From: Candidatus Bathyarchaeota archaeon
GTDB lineage: Archaea; Thermoproteota; Bathyarchaeia; 40CM-2-53-6; RBG-13-38-9
Assembly: GCA_963807605.1 (NCBI GenBank)
Contig: CAWECG010000003.1
Location: 608,001 to 672,000 of the forward strand
Length of the DNA: 64,000 bases
Direction: 5' to 3'
This document shows, in pieces, positions 48,818 through 57,888 of the stretch (the first letter of the stretch is position 1; every line of letters starts with the position of its first letter). Below the pieces are notes generated by a model. That model ran no database searches. It had not been told where the DNA came from and saw only the letters and a list, made by a program, of their open reading frames with translations. Position numbers and translations under genes: made by a program.

Positions 48818-49168
48818 TTGAGTTATTATCCATATCCGTATCAGTATTGGCAACGTCTGTCCTTCTATCAGCCTTATCCCATATTGCCTTTCTATGATCC
48901 TCGATCAATGTTTCAGGCAATGACTCCGAACTATCAATCAATGTTCGGTCAGTATCCTCATCAGTATTATCAACAGCAAGGACAAAGTGATCCTCGATCA
49001 ATGTTTCAGGCAATGACTCCGATCAATCAATCAATGTTCGGTCAGTATCCTCATCAGTATTATCAACAGCAAGGACAAAGAGGACCGGGACGTGGAACCA
49101 ACCTGGTTGGCATTCCGGGGTTTGGATTGCCTCTTTGGTACACTTTACCGGCATTAACGGGGCATTGA
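48818..49168 (+). CDS. Tyr/Gln/Pro-rich protein with 31-aa tandem repeat (starts MSYYPY)
   Basis: GGAGGTGA Shine-Dalgarno before TTG; in-frame 93-bp duplication. Confidence 0.7.
   Translation: MSYYPYPYQYWQRLSFYQPYPILPFYDPRSMFQAMTPNYQSMFGQYPHQYYQQQGQSDPRSMFQAMTPINQSMFGQYPHQYYQQQGQRGPGRGTNLVGIPGFGLPLWYTLPALTGH
48895..49080 (+). repeat. Tandem 93-bp repeat, 2 copies
   Basis: 48895-48987 versus 48988-49080 differ at 2 nt (AACTAT/ATCAAT). Confidence 0.92.
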
Positions 49169-49273
49169 CGACATAGTATTTGCGAGAGCGCTTAGCTTCC
49201 TTATTTTACCTTCTGAATCACGATTCTCGAACGCGCACATGTATGAATTGGTTGACGCGGGCTTGTCCATAGA

Positions 49274-49444
49274 TCAATTTTTTTCGTTTCTTCTTATTAT
49301 TGCATGGATTGCTAGACCTATTACTGTAATGAGAATGCCCATTGCTGCGATAGACGCATTGAGATATAGCCCTCCGAACGCGAGCCATAGTATCCCCATC
49401 ACCAGAAACGCATTGCGGGCTTCTTTCTTATTTTCTTCTTTCAT
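49274..49444 (-). CDS. Small two-TM membrane protein (56 aa)
   Basis: Manual translation MKEENKKEARNAFLVMGILWLAFGGLYLNASIAAMGILITVIGLAIHAIIRRNEKN*; GGTGA upstream. Confidence 0.55.
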   Translation of the reverse strand: MKEENKKEARNAFLVMGILWLAFGGLYLNASIAAMGILITVIGLAIHAIIRRNEKN

Positions 49445-49664
49445 TATATCACCGGCTTGGCGGGCAGAACGCTCGCAGACCGATATGCGGGAGTATCTTA
49501 GTTTCTTAACATTCGTATTAGAATCTTGTAGTCTATTTGTGCGTAGCTGATTTTGCGGCTGAACCAGTACCGGCAGAGAATTGGAGAAACTTCCAGAGTA
49601 TTAGCCTGAAAACTTGGCCCTCATCATCGCAATTATGGCTCCGAGATGCCTATACTAGCGACGC

Positions 49665-49751
49665 CTATCGCTTTCTCACTTTCCAGATGCCTACGGCGAT
49701 TATCCCTGATGTAATCGCCAAGGCAGCTGCCAAGATTTTTTTATTCTTCAT
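49665..49751 (-). CDS. 28-aa single-TM microprotein
   Basis: Manual translation MKNKKILAAALAITSGIIAVGIWKVRKR*. Confidence 0.4.
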   Translation of the reverse strand: MKNKKILAAALAITSGIIAVGIWKVRKR

Positions 49752-50013
49752 ACGATTTCACAATATTATTTGACTGCAAATATTGCTAATAGGCATTGGT
49801 CAGTCACAAAGGTTACTTACTCCGATCGATTAGCCTTTTTCAAGCGTCATTAATGAAGACGCATAAGACATCCAACAACGTTAGATTATCTAGATTGGTG
49901 AAGTCACAGCGACAGAATGGCAAACAGCAGATCCCTTAAATCGCCGAGAAGACCACTCAACTTGAAGCTTCAAGCCAGATCTGGAAGTCTTGCTAGCGAG
50001 GAGGTGAGAATAG

Positions 50014-50403
50014 ATGTCTTACTATCCATACTACCCGATGGGATATCCGAATTATTATCAATGGCCCATGAGCCAGTATTCTCCCATGAGCCAGTACCCC
50101 ACTATGAGCGCATATTCCATGCCGAACCAATATACCATGCAAAATCAATACTACATGCCTAGCCCGTACTATGGTTACGGCCAACAACCAGGATACGGCT
50201 ATCCATATCCTTCATACGGTGGTCAAAGCTACGGATATGCTCCACAACCAACACCCTTCTACCTATACCAGAATCCTATGGGCTGCAGTCCCTTCGGATT
50301 GTCTGAACAGGCACCAAACCCCTACTACTACATGATGTCGATGGGACTCCCAATGGGTTTCAGCAATCCTTACAGACAATTCCCAATGCTGCCCTCCTAC
50401 TAG
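50014..50403 (+). CDS. Tyr/Pro/Gln/Met/Ser-rich prion-like protein (starts MSYYPY)
   Basis: GAGGAGGTGA Shine-Dalgarno before ATG; 29 Tyr in 129 aa, only 2 charged residues; 18-bp periodic repeats. Confidence 0.75.
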   Translation: MSYYPYYPMGYPNYYQWPMSQYSPMSQYPTMSAYSMPNQYTMQNQYYMPSPYYGYGQQPGYGYPYPSYGGQSYGYAPQPTPFYLYQNPMGCSPFGLSEQAPNPYYYMMSMGLPMGFSNPYRQFPMLPSY

Positions 50404-50648
50404 AATGTGCTCCAGTCAGGAGGAGCGGTTCCACTTTTTTCTGGTTTATGATCGGTTTCTCTGGGACGAGTAAGAATACACGCAAGTAATCAGTTACGGC
50501 TGTGAGCACGCGTGTCTTCCAGTTGGATGTGCGTGCGTTGCATTTTCTTAGAATATTCAAGGACCTAACCACGCAATCCCGCACGATTCAGTCTACACAG
50601 ATCTTGAGTAGCATGAGCGCAGAATGATCTGAGCTGGAGTTTAAAGTC

Positions 50649-50741
50649 TGGCGGGCCCGGTGGGATTCGAACCCACGATCTCCGGCTCTCCTCCTCTCTG
50701 ACCGAAGGCCAGCATCTTAATCCTGACTAGACTACGGGCCC
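50649..50741 (-). tRNA. tRNA-Arg(TCG) with canonical 37/38 intron (50688-50701), CCA encoded
   Basis: GGGCCCGTAGTCTAG...CTGGC-CTTCGG[TCAGAGAGGAGGAG]A-GCCGG...TTCGAATCCCACCGGGCCCGCCA; CTTC/GAGG central BHB helix. Confidence 0.93.
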
Positions 50742-51022
50742 GAACACCCTTTGAGATCTCTCAGGCTTCTCTTTAATCTTGCAATCATTCAGGAGAGCCA
50801 TCTATCCGCATCCAGAGCCGATTATCTCTCTTTGATTTAAGATAGTTACTCTATCATTCTATCCTCAGGTACACTGTCTTTATCTCCACTAATATCAGGC
50901 TTACAAGATTTCAAATTGTACTATTCACGTCGTCGTTTTCAGGAAGCGAAGAATCTTCTTGGGGACTCAGAAAGGTTTAAGCTATCAAGAAGCTCTTTTC
51001 CGCTTCTCCACTGTGATGGCTT

Positions 51023-51487
51023 ATGGCCTTGTCCGATGCAACCATCAGGAGACTCGCCGTGATCGGCGAGCTGGGCATAGACCCATTCGACGATTCAAAA
51101 TTGCAGCCTGCAGGCTATGACCTAAGGTCCGCTGAAGAGATTATCTTGAGACCTAAAGAACAAAGACTCGTCGCCACACTTGAACGCATCAAGCTTTCGC
51201 CGAGTCTTTTGGGAATCCTTCACCTCAAGTCTTCATTCGTAAGGGAGGGAATCTTTGCAGGCCTCGCCCTTGTTGATCCGGGCTTCATTGGACAGTTAAC
51301 TGTTTCCCTTCTCAACGTTGGTGAAGAGGCAGTGGAGATCGATCGCGGAGAACCTTTTCTCCAGCTGACTTTCATTCGGCTTACCTCTAAAGCCCAGAGA
51401 CCTTACGGGGGTAAGTATCATGGAAGTATCGGTGTTGTAGGAAGCAAGAGAGCCGATCGCGTTAAGAAATTGGCAAATGGAGCATAG
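51023..51487 (+). CDS. dcd: dCTP deaminase / trimeric dUTPase family
   Basis: LQPAGYDL, T.E, KSS..REG, VDPGF.GQLT, Y.GKY. Confidence 0.87.
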   Translation: MALSDATIRRLAVIGELGIDPFDDSKLQPAGYDLRSAEEIILRPKEQRLVATLERIKLSPSLLGILHLKSSFVREGIFAGLALVDPGFIGQLTVSLLNVGEEAVEIDRGEPFLQLTFIRLTSKAQRPYGGKYHGSIGVVGSKRADRVKKLANGA

Positions 51488-51534
51488 AAACTATTATACA
51501 TTTTACACAAGAATGTATAGGATGAGGACTTTTC

Positions 51535-52278
51535 TTGGCAGGTTCGAGGATCACTGATCTTAAGTACAAACTCATGGTCACTGATCTCCTCAACCTTGCC
51601 AAAGACTTCTACACCTATCGTGAACTCTCACAACTGATCGGTCTACCAGAGACCGTCCTGAGCAGATATGTGAAAGGACATGTGCTCCCAACCATCGATA
51701 GAGCCCAAGACATCAACAAGAAGCTAGACAGTATAATGCGTCTGGAGACAGAGATCCAGCGTAGAATAAGATTTGATGACCTAGGCTACTTCGATAATAC
51801 TAAAGTCATCTCCGACACGATGCTTCTTGAACGTGTAGTCCAACAAGTTGTCAATAGATTTGCTGGACAGAGAATAACTAAGATACTTACTCCTGAGACC
51901 GACGGCATACCTCTCGCAACACTCCTAGCTCATAGACTGAGCGTTCCTCTTGTGATAGCCAAGAAGGCCAGAGAAGTTGGTGTTGGAGAATTCATAGAAG
52001 AAGTCTACATACCATCAAAATCGGCGATGATGATGAGCTTCTATGCCCCACGTAGTATGTTCAGAAAGGGTGATTGCGTGCTAATAATCGATGACGTGAT
52101 AGATAGCGGTGAGACTCAGCGAGCACTGATAAGTCTTGTACGCAAGGCCAAGGCTGAAGTCGCGGGCATCTATGCCCTAGTAGCCGTTGGCAATGAATGG
52201 AGGAATAGGATAGAAGAAGTGGCCAACTGCCAAATCGAAGTTGCATATGAAGTACCGCAAAAAATGAGGCATAGCTGA
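51535..52278 (+). CDS. HTH plus phosphoribosyltransferase (PurR/Apt-like) protein
   Basis: YRELS...GLPETVLSRYVKGHVLP; DGIPLA; VLIIDDVI.SGET. Confidence 0.85.
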   Translation: MAGSRITDLKYKLMVTDLLNLAKDFYTYRELSQLIGLPETVLSRYVKGHVLPTIDRAQDINKKLDSIMRLETEIQRRIRFDDLGYFDNTKVISDTMLLERVVQQVVNRFAGQRITKILTPETDGIPLATLLAHRLSVPLVIAKKAREVGVGEFIEEVYIPSKSAMMMSFYAPRSMFRKGDCVLIIDDVIDSGETQRALISLVRKAKAEVAGIYALVAVGNEWRNRIEEVANCQIEVAYEVPQKMRHS

Positions 52279-52284
52279 ATAAGA

Positions 52285-53340
52285 CTATACGCTCGAAGCA
52301 ATTTGAGCGAATTTCAAGATCCCATCTTGATCTGGCCGATTCAAGACCCCTCTATCAGTTAAGATCGCATCGACCAAATCCAAAGGCGTGAAGTCAAAGG
52401 CTGGATTCAATACCCGAATATTTTTTGGAATTACACGCACGTTCTTTATGAGTCTGATCTCCTCGGGAGGTCTCTCCTCTATCTTGATGTCCTTACTTGA
52501 GTTCGAAACGTCGAAGGTTGACATCGGTGCCGCGACGTAGAAAGGGATCTTGTGGTAGCGTGCTGTGATTGCGAGTGTGTATGTTCCAATCTTGTTGAAG
52601 ACCCCGTCCTTCACAATTCTGTCGGCGCCAACAATCACCTTCTGGACCAATCCCTTTGCCATCACATACCCTATCATCCCATCGGTGATGACTGTCACTG
52701 GTATCCCATCTCTTGAAAGCTCGAAAGCGGTCAGCCGAGCCCCTTGAAGTCTGGGCCTGGTTTCGGAGGCGAAAACTTTGACGTGTTTGCCTTGTTTTAC
52801 GGAGGTTCTGATCGGTGCCAGTGCAGTCCCATAGCCGACGGTGGCCAACGCCCCTGCGTTACAGTGAGTTAGAACGGTATCCCCGTCGGCTATCAACGGA
52901 GCCCCATTCTCACCAATCTTCAGATTGGCTTGCACATCGTCATCGGCCATCTTTATCGCTCTGTCAATGACGGCTTTCTTCAAGACGTTGATCTCACCCG
53001 AGGTCTCCCTTGCAACTTCGAGGATCCTGGAGAGACCCCAAGTGAGATTCACGGCGGTAGGCCTTGTCGCTGTTAATCTGGTTGAGGCTGACTCGAGATC
53101 TTTAAGAAAACTTTCCTTGGTCTTGGCCTTGCTCCTGCAGGCCGCTAAGGCAAGACCCATGGCAGCTGCGACGCCTATTGCAGGTGCTCCGCGGATAACC
53201 ATGTTTTTTATGGCTTCTTCAACTTCCTTTGGGGTTCTGCATATTACATAGGTTAGCTTTTCAGGAACTCGGGTCTGATCAATCATCATGACTGTCCCAT
53301 TGTGCCACTTGACCGTTCTCAGCTCAAAGAAATTCTCCAC
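52285..53340 (-). CDS. mtnA: S-methyl-5-thioribose-1-phosphate isomerase (eIF2B-alpha family)
   Basis: IDQT..P, M.IRGAPAIG, RPTAVNL, LTHCNAGALAT, ETRP.LQGARLT, NPAFD.TP. Confidence 0.93.
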   Translation of the reverse strand: MENFFELRTVKWHNGTVMMIDQTRVPEKLTYVICRTPKEVEEAIKNMVIRGAPAIGVAAAMGLALAACRSKAKTKESFLKDLESASTRLTATRPTAVNLTWGLSRILEVARETSGEINVLKKAVIDRAIKMADDDVQANLKIGENGAPLIADGDTVLTHCNAGALATVGYGTALAPIRTSVKQGKHVKVFASETRPRLQGARLTAFELSRDGIPVTVITDGMIGYVMAKGLVQKVIVGADRIVKDGVFNKIGTYTLAITARYHKIPFYVAAPMSTFDVSNSSKDIKIEERPPEEIRLIKNVRVIPKNIRVLNPAFDFTPLDLVDAILTDRGVLNRPDQDGILKFAQIASSV

Positions 53341-53460
53341 CTTGACCCCTTCAGCGGATCCTATTTTTAGTTGACTTGGGCTAATGTGCGCTCAAGAACA
53401 TCTATAACCTACCCTAAATAGGATATTTGTTCCCATCTGATTATCGAATGGTGTAGAAGT

Positions 53461-53988
53461 TTGATCGAGACTATCGAGGGTTACTATAGGAACGGCAAGG
53501 TCTACATTCCAGAAACCGATAGGCTCATAGAGCTTCTTGATCGAGGCTTCGGAACTCGCCGAGATAAGAGGCTTGAACTCTCACCCTACGAGACTTTCTT
53601 CCTGACTGAGAAGGGACGTATAAGAGTTATCGATAAGCATAGCGAAAGCGCAATGTCACTCCATAACCTTGTTGCCAGTTTGTCAATGGGCAAACAAGAG
53701 ATCTGGATAAGATATCTCGTCTATAGAGACCTCAGAGACAGAGGATACATCGTCCGTGAGACCAACAGAGTTGACTTTGAAATTTACGGAAAGGGATCGG
53801 AGAGGCGTCTCGTCTCCATAGTATACGAGGGCCGAGAGGCGAACCTTCAAGATCTCACCACTCTAATAAGATACGCCGCCAAGCAGAGGAAGGAGCTCAT
53901 ACTGGCTGTAATAGACAGAAGGACAGACCTAGTGTACTACTCTATTGGCGAGATAGAGTTTCAGAAGCGTCAGCAGAAACAAGAATGA
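53461..53988 (+). CDS. tRNA splicing endonuclease, structural (non-catalytic beta-type) subunit
   Basis: L.L...E..FL...G, YLVYRDLR.RGY.V, LAV.D....VYY; lacks the catalytic KY/FG Tyr loop and His. Confidence 0.78.
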   Translation: MIETIEGYYRNGKVYIPETDRLIELLDRGFGTRRDKRLELSPYETFFLTEKGRIRVIDKHSESAMSLHNLVASLSMGKQEIWIRYLVYRDLRDRGYIVRETNRVDFEIYGKGSERRLVSIVYEGREANLQDLTTLIRYAAKQRKELILAVIDRRTDLVYYSIGEIEFQKRQQKQE

Positions 53989-54003
53989 TTTGAGCTGCGG
54001 AAA

Positions 54004-55311
54004 TTGGCTGACCAAACCGGCTTTGCACCTCCAAGAGGGATGAGAGACATTGAGTCAGGTGAAATGGTCAGGCGTCACTGGATGTATGAGAAGATCCAGC
54101 AGACGATGCTGTTGTATGGGTTCCAGATGGTAGAGCCAACGGCTATTGAGACTCTCTCCACTTTAGAGGCAAAATCAGGCCCAGATATCAAAAATGAGAT
54201 CTACTGGTTTGAGGATAAAGCTGGAAGAAAACTCGGCTTGCGGTTCGACCTTACCGTCGGAATGACTAGAATGGTGGCAAATCGCCTCGAACTCCCTGAA
54301 CCCATAAAATTCTGCGCCATTTCTGAGATGTGGAGGTATGATGAGCCACAATTTGCACGATACAGGCATTTCTCTCAATGGGACGCAGAGATCTACGGAT
54401 CCTCCGAGCAAGAGGCTGACGCCGAAGTCATCTGCCTAGGCATGGATATCCTAGATAACCTGGGACTCAAAGACTATGAAGTGCGAATAAGCAACCGAAA
54501 ACTCACTGAAGGATTCCTAAGATCCAAAGGTATAGAGTCAAGAGAGAAGATCGAAGCAACCATTCGAGTGATAGACAAAATAAGAAAACTGTCTAAAGAA
54601 CAGATCATAGAAGAGTTCAGAACTATTGAACTCGACGTAACCATTATCGAGCAGATACTCAGTTTTGCCAGCCTAAGAGGCAAACCGGACCAGATCCTCT
54701 CAGAGAGCTCTGAGCTACTTGGGAAGACGGCTGGAGAGGGTTTTGAGGAGCTTTCCAGACTCGCTGAGATCATACATGGTTTTCAGAGGATTGACCGTTG
54801 CGTCTACGACCTTAGCGTCGTTAGGGGGATAGGCTACTACGACGGAACAGTCTTTGAGGCCTACGATAGCGGTGGTGAAGATATAGGCGCAATCTTCGCG
54901 GGCGGGCGATACGATGGCCTCTGCAGAATCTATGGAAAAAGAGACATGCCAGCAACAGGTGTGGCCGGAGGAATTGAGAGGATGATGATCTCTATGGAAA
55001 GAGCAGGGGTCTTTCCCAAACTGAAAGAGGCGCCTGAAGTATTCGTTGTAGCGGTCAATGACATGGTCAGAAGAGAGTGCTGGAACATAACTCAGCAACT
55101 AAGGAGGGACGGTCTCTCCGCAGACTTTGATTTGAAGAGGCGCTCCCTCAAGAAACAGCTCGAGTACATAGACTCAACCAAGATACCCTATGCCGTAATC
55201 GTGGGACAGAGAGAGCTTGAGAAAGGCACAGTAAAGCTGAGGGACATGGTCCAACGTTCAGAAACGGAAGCAAGCCTAAACGAAGCTATTAGAGCCATAA
55301 GGAAGACATGA
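54004..55311 (+). CDS. hisS: Histidyl-tRNA synthetase
   Basis: PRGMRD, LRFDLT, WRYDEPQ..R.R.F.Q, VRG..YYDG.VFE, GGRYD.L. Confidence 0.96.
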   Translation: MADQTGFAPPRGMRDIESGEMVRRHWMYEKIQQTMLLYGFQMVEPTAIETLSTLEAKSGPDIKNEIYWFEDKAGRKLGLRFDLTVGMTRMVANRLELPEPIKFCAISEMWRYDEPQFARYRHFSQWDAEIYGSSEQEADAEVICLGMDILDNLGLKDYEVRISNRKLTEGFLRSKGIESREKIEATIRVIDKIRKLSKEQIIEEFRTIELDVTIIEQILSFASLRGKPDQILSESSELLGKTAGEGFEELSRLAEIIHGFQRIDRCVYDLSVVRGIGYYDGTVFEAYDSGGEDIGAIFAGGRYDGLCRIYGKRDMPATGVAGGIERMMISMERAGVFPKLKEAPEVFVVAVNDMVRRECWNITQQLRRDGLSADFDLKRRSLKKQLEYIDSTKIPYAVIVGQRELEKGTVKLRDMVQRSETEASLNEAIRAIRKT

Positions 55312-55583
55312 CGGCACCTGAAAGCTTTTGAGTGAGAAATGCTCGCTCTTCAAGAATCCCATCAAGGAATGCATCTGCCGTCCATAGTGCGGCTATGGCT
55401 TCCCTCGAGATTGAGGGAAACCTAGTGCCTGTTCTACCTGACAAAGATCAAACCCAAGAATGACCCGACAGAAAAACCCAAATGAAGAGCGCGCTAGCAG
55501 CCTAGTTCTCGGCATGCAGAATTCAAAAAGCATCATAACTTTTTAATCCTAGAACCTTCGGCAAGTGTATTCACGATGTTCAG

Positions 55584-55847
55584 GTGATCCAAGTGAACGT
55601 CTCTCCCGACATGAAACAGGAGGTTCATCTTTTTCTACGCAGTTACACAGGCTACTTGGAGTCAGTGAAGCCTCAACAGCTCTACGTTTCACTCGTCGAA
55701 AAATCGAGAGATTTGGCCGAACTTGACGAAGCAGTTGAGAAAACAATCGCAGATGCTAAAGCTAGAAGCGATTATCGACTCGCAGAGACAATAATGAGTC
55801 TGCACCAAAGGATAAGACGTAACTACTTTCAGATCACTGGCTCTTGA
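55584..55847 (+). CDS. Small helical hypothetical protein
   Basis: 87-aa ORF with protein-like composition. Confidence 0.5.
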   Translation: MIQVNVSPDMKQEVHLFLRSYTGYLESVKPQQLYVSLVEKSRDLAELDEAVEKTIADAKARSDYRLAETIMSLHQRIRRNYFQITGS

Positions 55848-56369
55848 TAACATCATCGCAGACGAACAGTGGATTGCAGAGAGAACTATCCAGACACCGA
55901 AGACGCAAGCATTTCCGTCACATGCTCAGATACTTTCTATGGTTTTGACTATTCTCGGAGATAGTTCTTCGCTAGAGTGTGCCTTCAGCATATCTTTGGC
56001 TTAATCTCTTGATCATGCCTTTAGTCATGCTCTAAGTCGAATTCTGGCTTCCAATTCCATTCTGCTCGAGCAGCATAGTTATCAATGGAGATTGGCCAGC
56101 GCGCGCTATTCAGCCACCAATTCTATCCCATATGCACTCGTGAAGGACCAACATAATCTCGGTTTTCCTGGAAAGGTGAAACGTTTGTTTCACCAAAGCT
56201 TCTGAAGAATCTGCTACTTCTAGGAACTTCAATTTCTCAAATGGATCGTTGCACTGATTGATTTTCTACGCGTGCGGAAGGTCTCTGTACGTCATTCCAA
56301 ACAAGCAATATAAGAGCTGATGATAAATGAACATCTTACCAACAAATCTTTGGGAGCAGATAAATCACA

Positions 56370-57761
56370 ATGAGCACTGAAGGGGGAGACAACCAGCGGA
56401 TAAGAACAACAGTGAATGAGGCCAAGCTGATAGACACACACGAGCATTTACAGCGAGAGGATAACAGGATCAAAGGAGAAGTAGACGTTCTATCGACTTT
56501 ATTTCTCCAGTATGCTTCATCCGACCTGATCTCTTCAGGGCTCACCTATCCCGAGTACCAGTCAATCCTTGATCCTAAACAGCCACTCGAAAAACGATGG
56601 GAGATATTGTCTCCTTTCTGGGAGCGAATCCAAAACACGGCTTATGCTCGATCGCTGAACGTCGCGTGCCGAGATCTATACGGCGATGAACTCAATGAGA
56701 AGACTTACCAGCAGATTAGCAGACGCATGAAAGAAGCAAATAAGAAAGGGCTCTACAGGTGGATTCTCAAAGAGAAGGCTGGAATCGAGATATCCCTTCA
56801 GGATACGCTCCTGAAACCTGAAACCTACGCGTTCTGGAATACACCGTCTGTGGCCAAACTTCTCGATGTTGACAGGGAGTTTTTCATACCAGTTCATAGA
56901 TTCCAGGACTTTCTGCTCATTCAGGATCGTAGCGATATTGAGGGCATCGCGCATCGACTAGGCAGAAGCATACACACGCTGCGAGACTTGGTCAAGAACC
57001 TGGAGATGGAATTCCGCGAAATTTCCTCGACTATTGCAGCGGTCAAGCTCTGGGTCGGATACAGGCGCTCATTAAGGTTTGAGAAGATCACCTTCTGTGA
57101 AGCTGAGAAAATCTTCAACGAGATCTTCTCTCAAACGAGCTTTGACAGACTGGACACTGATAGCGTCAGAATTACCGTTCCAGAAGACCTCTCCCTCGAT
57201 GAAGCCAAGCCACTCCACGACTTCATGACTCATAAACTGATACAACTTGCAGGCGAATACTCAGTGCCAGTCCAGATTCACACAGGATATCATGAAGGAA
57301 ATGAGAACCTCCTAGCAAACACAAACCCGCTTAATCTGACCAATCTATTCATGGAGTACAAGAACGTCAAGTTCGATCTCTTCCACGGCGGATACCCATA
57401 TGTAAGCGAGTGCGCTGCTCTTGCCAAGACCTTTCCAAACGTTTATCTGGACTTGGTATGGCTTCACATCATCTCCCCGCATGTTGCAAGAGAAGCGCTC
57501 TACGAATGGCTCGATACCGTTCCGGTTAACAAGATACTAGGTTTCGGCGGTGACTACGTCTTTGTGGAGGGAGCCTACGGCAACTCGGTCATTTCAAGGG
57601 ATAACATCGCGAGAGTACTGATCCGCAAAGTGGAGGAGAAGGACCTGCGGGTTGAGGAGGCAATCAAGTTCGCTAAGAGAATGCTCAGAGAGAACGCAAA
57701 GACTCTGTTCCTAGACAGACTCGGAATCTCTCAAACAAAGCTTGGGATTGGGAAATCCTGA
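56370..57761 (+). CDS. Amidohydrolase family protein
   Basis: IDTHEH, VQIHTG, FDLFHGGYP, NVYLD..W, FGGD. Confidence 0.88.
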   Translation: MSTEGGDNQRIRTTVNEAKLIDTHEHLQREDNRIKGEVDVLSTLFLQYASSDLISSGLTYPEYQSILDPKQPLEKRWEILSPFWERIQNTAYARSLNVACRDLYGDELNEKTYQQISRRMKEANKKGLYRWILKEKAGIEISLQDTLLKPETYAFWNTPSVAKLLDVDREFFIPVHRFQDFLLIQDRSDIEGIAHRLGRSIHTLRDLVKNLEMEFREISSTIAAVKLWVGYRRSLRFEKITFCEAEKIFNEIFSQTSFDRLDTDSVRITVPEDLSLDEAKPLHDFMTHKLIQLAGEYSVPVQIHTGYHEGNENLLANTNPLNLTNLFMEYKNVKFDLFHGGYPYVSECAALAKTFPNVYLDLVWLHIISPHVAREALYEWLDTVPVNKILGFGGDYVFVEGAYGNSVISRDNIARVLIRKVEEKDLRVEEAIKFAKRMLRENAKTLFLDRLGISQTKLGIGKS

Positions 57762-57888
57762 CAATTCCTCTATCGTACATTCTTTACATAAACTGGCGCC
57801 AACTCAAAAGGCACTAATAATCGTTCAAGATCCGACGGGAAAAGAGTTTAATGATCCTTAGAGGGAAGAGAATCTACGAGGTGTTTGA

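Noticed and set aside
48741-49013. Acidic repeat ORF (MPETLIEDH...) on the minus strand
   Set aside because: Antisense of the Tyr/Gln-rich gene, which has the ribosome-binding site and shares its N-terminus with 50014.
48895-49080. CRISPR array
   Set aside because: Two contiguous copies with no spacers, in frame in a CDS; no cas genes or arrays seen anywhere in the window.
49458-49465. att duplicate of the tRNA-Arg 3' end (TGGCGGGC)
   Set aside because: Only 8 bp, compatible with chance.
49917-50187. His-rich repeat ORFs (HEPVFS / VLAHG) overlapping 50014
   Set aside because: Alternative frames of the same 18-bp periodicity; only the 50014 frame has a strong Shine-Dalgarno.
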